A stretch of DNA of 64,000 nucleotides from Candidatus Zixiibacteriota bacterium (lineage in GTDB: Bacteria; Zixibacteria; MSB-5A5; UBA10806; 4484-95). The notes under the pieces are model-generated. The model saw nothing but the letters and a program-made list of their open reading frames with translations, searched no databases and was not told where the DNA came from. Shown here piece by piece: positions 8,974-17,580 of this stretch (position 1 is the first letter of the stretch; every line of letters begins with the position of its first letter). Location: contig JBBIRK010000002.1 of the NCBI GenBank assembly GCA_037441845.1, positions 256,001 through 320,000 on the forward strand, in the 5' to 3' direction. Made by a program: the position numbers and the translations under genes.

Positions 8974-9367
8974 ACGCGAATATTACCCGATGGCGGAGAT
9001 CAACGTCACCAATCTCGTCGATGTCGTTTTGGTGCTGCTGATCATTTTCATGATTTCCGCGCCGATGATTCAATCGGGGGTCGATATTCAGCTGCCCAAG
9101 GCAAGCGAATCGCCCCGCGACGTCTCCACCGGAATCGTGGTAACCATAACCAGCGATAATCAACTCTTGATAGATAATTACAAGACCCCGGCCGACCAGT
9201 TCGAGGCGAGATTGAAAACGATCCGCGACATCAAGAAATTCAGACCGGTCTATATCAAGGCCGATCGGCGGGTTCCCTACGGCACGGTGATGGAGATCAT
9301 GAGCAAGATCAAAAAGCTGGGGATCGAAAACGTCGGTCTGGTCACCGAACCGGAGAAAATCATGTGA
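8960..9367 (+). CDS. tolR: TolR/ExbD family protein
   Basis: EINVTNLVDVVLVLLIIFMISAP and IKADRRVPYG.VM. Confidence 0.88.
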   Translation: MRRFRREYYPMAEINVTNLVDVVLVLLIIFMISAPMIQSGVDIQLPKASESPRDVSTGIVVTITSDNQLLIDNYKTPADQFEARLKTIRDIKKFRPVYIKADRRVPYGTVMEIMSKIKKLGIENVGLVTEPEKIM

Positions 9368-10029
9368 AATACGCCTTGCTGGCGTCGCTGATCATCCATT
9401 CGATCGTCATCGGTAGGTTCCTATGGGGAGGAAACGACTCCGCCGGGAAAGCCTATCCGCGGATCATGTCGGTCGATTTGGTTTCTTTGCCGCCTGCGGT
9501 TCGGGGTGAACCGGATAGTCGGCCGGAAACGGAAACACAAAGCAAAGTCCGACAGAAACCCCATACCCGCGACTTGCCGGAAACCCCACATACCACCGAA
9601 ATTCAAAAAGATAAAAAACAAGCCCGCCCGAAACAACCGACAGCCAAACCTCAGGTCGAAACCAAACCGGCCAAAACCGGCGCGAAACCGGGTGTGCCCG
9701 AGGGGTTGGATTACGGCAGTGAGTTCGGCGATCTGTCCTTGGAGGGCGGCAAATTCGAAACGCCGACATACTTGAATATTCTTTTCGCCAAAATAAAAAA
9801 CCGCTGGGACAATCCTTTTCAGGGCGCCGAAAAAATCAGTTGCGTGATATATTTCGTCATCGAACGAAATGGCCGCATTTCCGATGCCGCAATCGAACGA
9901 TCCTCCGGCATTTCCGCATTCGATCAATCGGCCCTGCGCGCGGTTCTCTCGGCCAACCCGCCGCCGCTGCCGCTCGAATATTCTGGAAATCAACTGGGAA
10001 TACATCTCGAATTCCAGTATTTGCCTTGA
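9364..10029 (+). CDS. TolA/TonB-family energy transducer
   Basis: N-terminal TM with SLIIH (SxxxH), Pro/Lys-rich linker, C-terminal SSG.SAFDQSALRAV...PPPLP. Confidence 0.85.
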   Translation: MKYALLASLIIHSIVIGRFLWGGNDSAGKAYPRIMSVDLVSLPPAVRGEPDSRPETETQSKVRQKPHTRDLPETPHTTEIQKDKKQARPKQPTAKPQVETKPAKTGAKPGVPEGLDYGSEFGDLSLEGGKFETPTYLNILFAKIKNRWDNPFQGAEKISCVIYFVIERNGRISDAAIERSSGISAFDQSALRAVLSANPPPLPLEYSGNQLGIHLEFQYLP

Positions 10030-10269
10030 TAGCGGAAATGTTTTCGTCGATATCTTTCCAGTTATGACCTGAACCCGGTTTATTCATCGCCCACATCACT
10101 TTTCCCTGATCTCTCCTTCCCGATCAGCCGAAACCGTGCTATCATTTCATTATTCCTTGTTCCGGTCGCCTAACTTTGTCGAATATGCCGTTTCTCCTCC
10201 TTCTTTATGTCATTCTCACCTTCATCTTGCCGCTCCCGATCTCTTTCTTTTTCTCCTTCGCTTCCTCTT

Positions 10270-10400
10270 ATAATCATTCCTGCCTTCATTGCCGTCATAC
10301 CCGCACCCCTTTCGTGTCAAACCGCCCCCTCTTCTGTCATTCCCATCTTCTCTATATCATACCCCCTTTTTCTACGTCATCCCCGCGAAAGCGGGAATTC
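10270..10400 (+). repeat. Degenerate ~20-bp tandem array ending in REP-like hairpin (copy B)
   Basis: TCAT/TCAA cores end at 10277, 10298, 10320, 10340, 10360 and 10380. The last unit is GTCATCCCCGCGAAAGCGGGAATTC. Confidence 0.75.
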
Positions 10401-10642
10401 CCCCATAAACAAAGTCAAGCCACACGCCCACCGCTGAGCGCAATCCCGCCCGTTAGCCATGCCATAACAACTTGCGCCCCAACCGCCGGGATTCCCACCA
10501 TTGCGGTCACTCCACCCGAACCCGGAAACCATAGTCCTGATTCAACCGCAATGTTTATAAGTGATGATGTAGAATTATCTTCGGTTCTTCCAAGAAGTCC
10601 CGCGCCGAAACTTCACCTGTGTCCGGCGGCGCAGAATCAATT

Positions 10643-12100
10643 TCATTTGCTCGGTTCGGCTGCGCTCGTCCGGATAAAATGCACCGCCCGTCTTATCCTT
10701 GCCACACAGCGCTCTTTGCCCAGCAGCTCCATCATCTCGAACAACGATGGTCCCATGGTCATTCCCGACAGCGCCAGACGGGTGGGATGTATAAGCTCCT
10801 TGGCTTTCACGCCGCGCTTGTCGGCTACCTCTCTGAGCTTGCCCTCGATCTGCGCCGATTCGAACGAGGCAACCTCTTCAAGCGCCCGCGCCAGCGCTTC
10901 GAGATTGTCGGCGATGGTCGGACCCGCGAAATGTTTGGCCGCGCCCGCAGGATCGTAATCGAAATCATCGGTGAAGAAATACCTGCCCAGCGTCACGAAA
11001 TCGGTCAGCAGGCGGCAGCGCTCTTTCAGCAGTCCGACGAACTTCATCATATATTCCCAGCGGCTGCTTATGAACAACTGCGTAGCCAATCCGGCCTCCA
11101 CCAGAAACGGGCGCAACAGATCCACCAGCTCATGATCCGGCTTCTTGCGGATATACTCGCCGTTCATCCAATACAGCTTATTCATGTCGAAAACCGCATT
11201 GGTCGGATTGATCCGCTCGAGGCTGAAACTCTTTATCATTTCATCCAGGCTCATTATCTCTTTGCCGTCTCCCGGCGACCAGCCCAGAAGCGCGATAAAA
11301 TTAACCAAGGCCTCTTTGAGAATCCCTTCCCTGCTGTAATCGGTGACCGCCGCCGCCCCATGGCGTTTGGACATCTTCGAGCGGTCTTCTCCCAATATCA
11401 GCGGCAGATGCGCGAAATGCGGCGGCTCGATTCCGAGCGCCCGATAGAGCAATATCTGCTTGAAAGTATTCGATATATGGTCGTTGCCCCGGATCACATG
11501 GCTGATTCGCATCTCATGATCGTCAACCACCACCGCCAAATTGTAAACCGCCCGCCCGTCCGATCGTGCCACTACGAAATCGTCTATGTCTTTGTTCTCA
11601 CGGGTTATCCGGCCCACCACCAGGTCGTCGAACGTGGTCGAGCCTTCTGCAACAAACAACCTTATAGCGGCCGGCAGCCCCTTTTCCAGATTTTGTTTCT
11701 TTATTTCCTCGGGTAGATTGAAACAGGTCCGATCGTAGCGCGGCGGCCTTTTTTCGGCGAGTGCCTGCTCCTGCTTTCTTTTCAAAGTCTCCGGCGAACA
11801 CCAGCAATAATAGGCTTTACCGTTTTCTATCAATTTAGCCGCATATTTCCTGTATATATCATATCGCTGCGATTGAAAAACCGGCGGTTCATCCCAGTCC
11901 AATCCGAGCCACTTGAGACTGTCGAAAATCACTTTCACCATTTCCGGCGATGATCGATCGGTGTCGGTATCCTCAATCCTCAGCAGAAATTTGCCGCCGT
12001 TGCGCCGGGCGAAAAGCCAGTTGAACAGCGCCGCTCTGGCCGTTCCTATATGGAGATACCCCGATGGCGACGGTGCTATGCGAACTCTGATTTCAGACAT
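10643..12100 (-). CDS. gltX: Glutamate--tRNA ligase
   Basis: RIAPSPSGYLHIG, LRIEDTD, HVIRGNDH, KMSKRHG. Confidence 0.97.
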   Translation of the reverse strand: MSEIRVRIAPSPSGYLHIGTARAALFNWLFARRNGGKFLLRIEDTDTDRSSPEMVKVIFDSLKWLGLDWDEPPVFQSQRYDIYRKYAAKLIENGKAYYCWCSPETLKRKQEQALAEKRPPRYDRTCFNLPEEIKKQNLEKGLPAAIRLFVAEGSTTFDDLVVGRITRENKDIDDFVVARSDGRAVYNLAVVVDDHEMRISHVIRGNDHISNTFKQILLYRALGIEPPHFAHLPLILGEDRSKMSKRHGAAAVTDYSREGILKEALVNFIALLGWSPGDGKEIMSLDEMIKSFSLERINPTNAVFDMNKLYWMNGEYIRKKPDHELVDLLRPFLVEAGLATQLFISSRWEYMMKFVGLLKERCRLLTDFVTLGRYFFTDDFDYDPAGAAKHFAGPTIADNLEALARALEEVASFESAQIEGKLREVADKRGVKAKELIHPTRLALSGMTMGPSLFEMMELLGKERCVARIRRAVHFIRTSAAEPSK

Positions 12101-12491
12101 CGCCCGCCCGCTTTTCCTGCGGTAAATCGGCGGCCAAAGTCATCGTCGGTTTCGTCGGCTCCATCGCCGTCGGCTCGGCCTCGAATTTCAAGCCGCCTAC
12201 CCACCCCGCGACGATATTGTACAATATCGCGACCAATCCGGTTATTATCACCCCGTTGACCACCGCTATAAAAACCGCATAAAAAATCCCGACTAAAAAA
12301 CCGCCCAGCGGGCCGAACGCCGTCAGGCTCGCGTCTATATCGTTCGATGAAGCCAATTGCCCAACGAAGGCGAAAAAAAGTGAAAACGCCAGCCCGATCA
12401 ACAATCCCACCAGAAGCCCGATTATGGCATGCACGACGAACGATATCTTGATCGCGCTCCAAAGATCTATCCGTTTCAATTCATACTTCAT
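12093..12491 (-). CDS. DUF3566-like membrane protein
   Basis: LKRIDLWSAIKISF, two hydrophobic helices, LYN.VA.WVGGL; overlaps the gltX start. Confidence 0.75.
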   Translation of the reverse strand: MKYELKRIDLWSAIKISFVVHAIIGLLVGLLIGLAFSLFFAFVGQLASSNDIDASLTAFGPLGGFLVGIFYAVFIAVVNGVIITGLVAILYNIVAGWVGGLKFEAEPTAMEPTKPTMTLAADLPQEKRAGDV

Positions 12492-12743
12492 GATAAATCC
12501 CTTAATCGATATCGAATCATGGCCGCCGAAGTAAACCCACGGCCGTAAAATACCTTACAACACCATAGTTGATCCGTCGGTTCAAATCAATACCGCCGAC
12601 GCCAAATCGCAATTCGTTATCGATCCCTTCGAATTTCCTCTTTCCCGCTCAACGGTTCATTTCAAATCGGCCTTTTGCTCCCGCATCTTCTTTTCGCCGA
12701 TTGATTTCCTGCATGAGCGATGGCGCGGAATTTATTCGTAACT

Positions 12744-13238
12744 TTAATGATACGATCTAACCCTTGATGAATCTCCTGCATGTTCGGGCCAAGGTTTAAC
12801 CAGCAAGCCGAGCGACCAGCGACCGTTGGCATAGCTGAGCCGACCCAGCGTTCCCGTGCTGTAATCGAGAGCCGCGCGATTGGGATCTCCCGTCAGAAGC
12901 AGCGACGACAGATACAATAGAAACGGAGCATGTCCGACAATCATTAAATCCCGCTTATGCGCCAGGATTTGCCCCACGATCGGCTCGATTCTATCGGCCG
13001 GATTCAATCCTTTTTTCTCGAAAATTCCGCTTTTGACTTCAAGATATGAGGATATGAGCTCGGCCGTTTGCCGCGCTCTGGTTTTCCCCGAATGCCATAT
13101 CTCCGACACCGAAATCTCCAAGGGCTTGATAAGTTTCCCCAACGAACCTATTTCCGCCTGCCCTTCCGGCGAAAGTCCTTTCTGGGGATCGACCAACTCG
13201 GGATTCGGCCGGCCGTGCCTTAGCAGATATAATTCCAT
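12744..13238 (-). CDS. sixA: Phosphohistidine phosphatase SixA
   Basis: LYLLRHG, HS...RARQTA, MIVGH.P. Confidence 0.9.
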   Translation of the reverse strand: MELYLLRHGRPNPELVDPQKGLSPEGQAEIGSLGKLIKPLEISVSEIWHSGKTRARQTAELISSYLEVKSGIFEKKGLNPADRIEPIVGQILAHKRDLMIVGHAPFLLYLSSLLLTGDPNRAALDYSTGTLGRLSYANGRWSLGLLVKPWPEHAGDSSRVRSYH

Positions 13239-13358
13239 TTATATCCGGCCCCTGCAAAAACTCCGAAACGCATGTGCCCGTAGCGCATAAAGTTAATCAA
13301 ACGTAATGCGGCCCCAAACGAGTGGATTCGACCATCGCGCGAACCTTCACTCTGAAAT

Positions 13359-13544
13359 TTATCGCGCCACCTTGCCCGCTTTTATACAACGGGTGCAGAC
13401 ACGCATTTTCCGCGGGCGGCCGTTAACCTTGGCGTTGACCAACTGTAAATTCGGTTTCCAGCGGCGAAGAGTCAAATTGTGGGCATGGCTGACCTGATGG
13501 CCGATTCCCGCCTTTTTGCCGCATATATCACATACTTGCGCCAT
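13359..13544 (-). CDS. rpmB: 50S ribosomal protein L28
   Basis: CDICGK...[15 protein letters not shown]...[19 protein letters not shown]. Confidence 0.97.
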   Translation of the reverse strand: MAQVCDICGKKAGIGHQVSHAHNLTLRRWKPNLQLVNAKVNGRPRKMRVCTRCIKAGKVAR

Positions 13545-13575
13545 AATTTCCTCCCGTTAATTTTCTGCAATTTTA

Positions 13576-13605
13576 CAAATATAAGAACATTAATCGATTC
13601 ATCAA
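13576..13605 (-). promoter_or_regulatory. Putative rpmB promoter
   Basis: Minus strand TTGATG-N16-TATATT(TG). Confidence 0.5.
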
Positions 13606-13614
13606 GCTATTTCT

Positions 13615-13776
13615 TGCCTATTCCCGCCCCCATCTCTGTCATTTTCATTCCCTCTTTGCCATTCCCTCTCGGCTGTTCCTCTCCGCTATTCCCATTATTC
13701 TTTATCATCCCCTTTTTTATTGATATCTGCCATTCCCGCCCTTTTTTATTTGGCATTCCCGCGCAAGCGGGGCCCC
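13615..13776 (+). repeat. Degenerate 19-27 bp array ending in REP-like hairpin (copy C)
   Basis: ATTCCC-like cores at 13620, 13641, 13661, 13688, 13707, 13732 and 13755. The last unit is GGCATTCCCGCGCAAGCGGGGCCCC. Confidence 0.7.
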
Positions 13777-13811
13777 CCCACCAAGTCCACTCCTCACATC
13801 CATTATTTTCC

Positions 13812-13841
13812 TTGACATAACCAAAGAATAAATTATATAGA
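13812..13841 (+). promoter_or_regulatory. Promoter for hairpin RNA and tRNA-Gln
   Basis: TTGACA (13812-13817), 16-18 nt spacer, TATATA/TATAGA. Confidence 0.65.
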
Positions 13842-13845
13842 ACTT

Positions 13846-13918
13846 GAATGTCTTTTGAAGGTCAGATGTGGTATCCATCCCCCCCTATAAAAGCCGCACT
13901 GCCTATCAAAAGACATTC
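13846..13918 (+). ncRNA. Candidate structured RNA (long hairpin with C-rich loop) leading tRNA-Gln
   Basis: 13-bp perfect stem GAATGTCTTTTGA/TCAAAAGACATTC, inner helices AGG(T)CAG/CTGCCT and TGTGGT/GCCGCA, loop ATCCATCCCCCCCTATAAAA. Confidence 0.55.
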
Positions 13919-13924
13919 CTTAAT

Positions 13925-13995
13925 TGGGGGATCGTCCAACGGCAGGACATCAGACTCTGGATCTGAGTATCGGGGTTCGAATCCCTGTCCCCCAG
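13925..13995 (+). tRNA. tRNA-Gln(CTG), CCA not encoded
   Basis: Acceptor stem TGGGGGA/TCCCCCA; anticodon arm TCAGA-CTCTGGA-TCTGA; T loop GTTCGAATC. Confidence 0.96.
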
Positions 13996-14470
13996 CTTAA
14001 CCAAATCATCGGCGCTGCAGAAACCGACACACCGCCGAAACCAATCAAAGGTTCAGCCGATCATTCTTCGGCCCGCTTCATCTCCTTGCCGCCGTATTTT
14101 TCAATTCCTTATGCAGATCGCATTTGTTTTGCTGATCGCGCTTCTGATAGAAAGAGCTCGATAATGTCGCCGCCCCATCTTATCTCGGGCTTGACGACAT
14201 CCACCGGGCGGCATTCGGATAAGCGCCGGCGCCCATCTGCGATGGTCGATGCCGTTTGGCGGGCTCTTTCGAGGGCGGATTCTTTGTTTTCATTATCCGT
14301 TCCGCCCGACGCTGTTGAAAACAAATAAGATCCCGCGCGGGATCGATTTTAATGATTGACGATGGAAAGAAACTTCTTCGAGCGGATAATGCGAAAAATG
14401 AAACTAAGGCGGACCGATTGAGCGATAGCAGGTCCTTTCAATGCTGAACCCGACCTAGCCGCTCCGATAA

Positions 14471-16324
14471 TCAAATATATCTTCCCCGCAACGGCCGCGG
14501 CGGCCTCGATTTCGTCTCCCATTTCAAATCCGGAATCTCGGTCGAAATCGTCGATAGCGGTTTCGCCTCCTCTTTTACGGGAATTTCGGGCACGGTTATT
14601 TTCGGTTTGCCGGCGATTATGGCGAACGATTTTTCCGCCTCGTCGATTATCTCCTGCTTCAACCCCTGATTGGCGATCTCCTCGGTGAATTTGCGCCTGC
14701 CTTCCACCAGATCCCGCTTGAACTCTTCTATCTGCTCTTTGGAATACATCCGAGCGGCGTCATAAGCGGAAAGATCCAACCCCTCGGCCGCGTAAATATC
14801 GAGAGTGCCGAGCAGCCCCGGTTTATACTTATTGGTGCCGCGCAGATCGCCCCTTTGAATGGCCGCCATTACATTGATCGGTACCCGCGTCGCCTTGCGC
14901 ACCAACCGCTTCACCTTCTTGCCCCCCTCCTCGACCGTTTCGATCAACTCACCCATCCCGCCGGTGTTGTAAAGATAAAAATGCACTTTCCCCGGATAAT
15001 TGGCGCAAAGCTCCATCACGATATCATGGAACCGATTGACTTTCACCCCCTGCGATCCGATTATGAAATCGTCGGTGCCGACTATCCTGACCGATTCGCC
15101 GGCTTTCTCCGGCTGAGTGGCCATGCTATGGGTCGATTCGCCCCAGAGATAGGCCAAAACACCCTGCTCCGGCGTCAATTTCTGGGCAAAAGGCATGATC
15201 GTGTTCCGCCTGGTGATAAAGGCGAATACCAGCCCGTCCAACTCGGAAAGCGGCGGCAGATTCAAACTGGGATAATCGATCCTGACCAGTTTCTTCTTGC
15301 GCAATACCCGCAACTTGTCCTTGCGGATGATCGCCCGACCATTGGCGCACAATTTCTCGTCCAAAAAATCGGGATCACCGTTGGCCAAAATCATCACGTT
15401 TTCATACAGCGCCGATTTATCCATCAGCGACCAATACATCGCCTCCTGCATTTCCTTGTCCACATCGGTCTTCACGTAGAAATTCTGCTCCGATCCGAAA
15501 GCCGATCCGTCCCGCCGCAGAAAAACGATATCGTCCTGCGCCACTTGCGTCCCCTCGCCCCTCTCGAAATTCAGGCCGAGCTGATGACATGACCAGGTCG
15601 ATTTGCCGGTCGCCGTCAATCCGAACAAAAACACGCCATAACGTTTCAGCCGATTGTCTTTTTCGTCCCAAACCGTCACCACTTTCGTGCCCGCGTGAAG
15701 ACCGAGCATCCCCCGCTCGTCGGCGCACCACATCCCTTGACGTAAAAATCCTTTCTTGTCCTCGCCCATGTAATCGGTGCCCAAAGCGATATTCAGATTG
15801 TATTCCGGAAGCGTCAGTATCTGCTGCCGCATCATATGCTCTTCCGGAATATGGATCATGGTGAATTCCGGACCCGGCCGCCGCGAGGGATCGCCCAAAG
15901 TATGTCCCCACATGAACGGAAGGCGATAATTCTTGCGGTCGGCTACGCTCACGTAAAGATTGCAGATAGGATTGAATTCCGGATTATCGCCCATCTGGCG
16001 CCGGAGATGCACGAAAGGCAAGGTGCGTACATAATGCAACACCTTATGCAGCTCTTCGGGGGCGTTTTTGATAATGTTCTTTTGCAGATCGGTTAAGATC
16101 GGCAATCTCACTTTCTGGCTGCCCAGATAAACGGTCTTGGGGGCGTTCCGCGATGACACCATCGAACGCCAAGCCCAGGCGCCGTTCGAGGTGCGCGTGC
16201 CCGATTCGTGGGCGGCCGAGGTCAACTGTTTCAGCTTGTATTCCTTGATATTGGGTCCTTTAAGCGCATGTTGAAGATTATCATAAAACCGCTGATATTC
16301 CTCGACCCTGTAAATATCGCTCAT
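14471..16324 (-). CDS. pckA: Phosphoenolpyruvate carboxykinase (ATP) family, divergent
   Basis: YMGEDKKG, LGLHAG, P-loop FGLTATGKST, QDDI, YENV, NGRAII. Confidence 0.8.
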   Translation of the reverse strand: MSDIYRVEEYQRFYDNLQHALKGPNIKEYKLKQLTSAAHESGTRTSNGAWAWRSMVSSRNAPKTVYLGSQKVRLPILTDLQKNIIKNAPEELHKVLHYVRTLPFVHLRRQMGDNPEFNPICNLYVSVADRKNYRLPFMWGHTLGDPSRRPGPEFTMIHIPEEHMMRQQILTLPEYNLNIALGTDYMGEDKKGFLRQGMWCADERGMLGLHAGTKVVTVWDEKDNRLKRYGVFLFGLTATGKSTWSCHQLGLNFERGEGTQVAQDDIVFLRRDGSAFGSEQNFYVKTDVDKEMQEAMYWSLMDKSALYENVMILANGDPDFLDEKLCANGRAIIRKDKLRVLRKKKLVRIDYPSLNLPPLSELDGLVFAFITRRNTIMPFAQKLTPEQGVLAYLWGESTHSMATQPEKAGESVRIVGTDDFIIGSQGVKVNRFHDIVMELCANYPGKVHFYLYNTGGMGELIETVEEGGKKVKRLVRKATRVPINVMAAIQRGDLRGTNKYKPGLLGTLDIYAAEGLDLSAYDAARMYSKEQIEEFKRDLVEGRRKFTEEIANQGLKQEIIDEAEKSFAIIAGKPKITVPEIPVKEEAKPLSTISTEIPDLKWETKSRPPRPLRGRYI

Positions 16325-16595
16325 AACCGCTCCCCGGTCTTGCCCGACTTCATTATCATTGTCCTAAAAGAACCATCGCCGGCGGTAATATTAGCGGATC
16401 GCCTTGTTAATTGCAAATAGAAAGCGTAAGCGCCGACTGGCCATGTCAATTTCGCCGTCGGCCGATTACACCTTCTTGATTCGCTGGAAAGTCGCATTTG
16501 TTTCCGCCGAACACCAAACGAATTGCGAAACGCATATCGATCAAAAATGTCTTTGGCGGCTTTTTATGCGGGTGATTTAAGGGGAATGCTCGAGC

Positions 16596-17576
16596 CTACC
16601 AACTCACCAACAACGATCCACGGTATGACGTGTCGAGATCGTCGTGGTCAAGCAAAGCGAGATCGATCGCAAAACGTGAAATCTTCAACCCGATTCCGGT
16701 GGTCAGGTTGCCGGTATCCGAACCAGCGCGCGCATAAACGACATTTTTATAAGATGCTTCCAATCCCAGATGCAAGTCCGCGGAAATCCAACTCTGATAA
16801 AATTGCGCCGAGCTTTGTCTTCCCTCGAACCTCATATCGGCGTCGCCCGCAGCCAGCAGACCGAAATCGCCCAACCGCCGCTGATAACCCAAACCGAAAA
16901 TCACCGTCGGATTCACCGTTTCCTTGCTTCCCGATGAATACGAAAGTATGGTGCCGGTCATGTCTCTGGCGACCAGAGCGCCGCTCAAACCTGAAGCGAA
17001 CTCGTATTTTGCCCCCGCATCGAACCCTATCCCTTTGGCTGAGTAGTCGATAATCGACCGATAAATCAATTTCGCCGAAAACCCGACATCCAACCTTTCC
17101 GATTGTCTTCGCCCATAAGACAAAGTCATCACGTAGTCGGCATGAGATGCCGTTTCGCGTACACGGTAAGTCCCGAGATATTCCTCGGTAACCAGAATCC
17201 CGCCGCCGCCGAGCCGATACAGCGAAATCGCCGCCACTCCGTTGAATTTCGATTGGGCCGCCACCAGGTAATCGTGATTCAGCAGATTGCCGAAAGTCTC
17301 CGAGTGCATGAAAGCCGCCTGGCGCCCTTCGAGTTCGGCCAATCCGGCGGGATTATAATAGCTTGAATAAGGGTCGCCGCCGATAACGCTGTAAGCGCCG
17401 CCCAGGGCCAGCGCCCGGGCACCGGCCCCCAGATATAAAAATTCGCCGGCGTATTTTTCGCCCTTGATCGGCGCGCCCGCCAGCAAAATCAATAATGCAA
17501 CCGATACTTTTTTCACAAAACCGCTCTTAAATGAATCGATCGTCGATAATATATGAACGCCGCCCCCCGATAGCAA
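16596..17576 (-). CDS. PorV/PorQ (UPF0164) family outer-membrane beta-barrel; start uncertain
   Basis: EFL.LG.GARALALGGAY...YYNPAGL, amphipathic strands, C-terminal W. Confidence 0.85.
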   Translation of the reverse strand: MLSGGGVHILSTIDSFKSGFVKKVSVALLILLAGAPIKGEKYAGEFLYLGAGARALALGGAYSVIGGDPYSSYYNPAGLAELEGRQAAFMHSETFGNLLNHDYLVAAQSKFNGVAAISLYRLGGGGILVTEEYLGTYRVRETASHADYVMTLSYGRRQSERLDVGFSAKLIYRSIIDYSAKGIGFDAGAKYEFASGLSGALVARDMTGTILSYSSGSKETVNPTVIFGLGYQRRLGDFGLLAAGDADMRFEGRQSSAQFYQSWISADLHLGLEASYKNVVYARAGSDTGNLTTGIGLKISRFAIDLALLDHDDLDTSYRGSLLVSW

Positions 17577-17580
17577 GTTT

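Noticed and set aside
10270..10400. CRISPR interpretation of the periodic arrays (also 7616-7748 and 13615-13776)
   Set aside because: Units are degenerate with a total period of about 20 bp, have no unique 30-40 bp spacers, and no cas genes are present.
13996..14470. Integrated element at the tRNA-Gln 3' end, and ORF 14109-14324
   Set aside because: No integrase or duplicated tRNA end was seen; the small ORF has no motif support.
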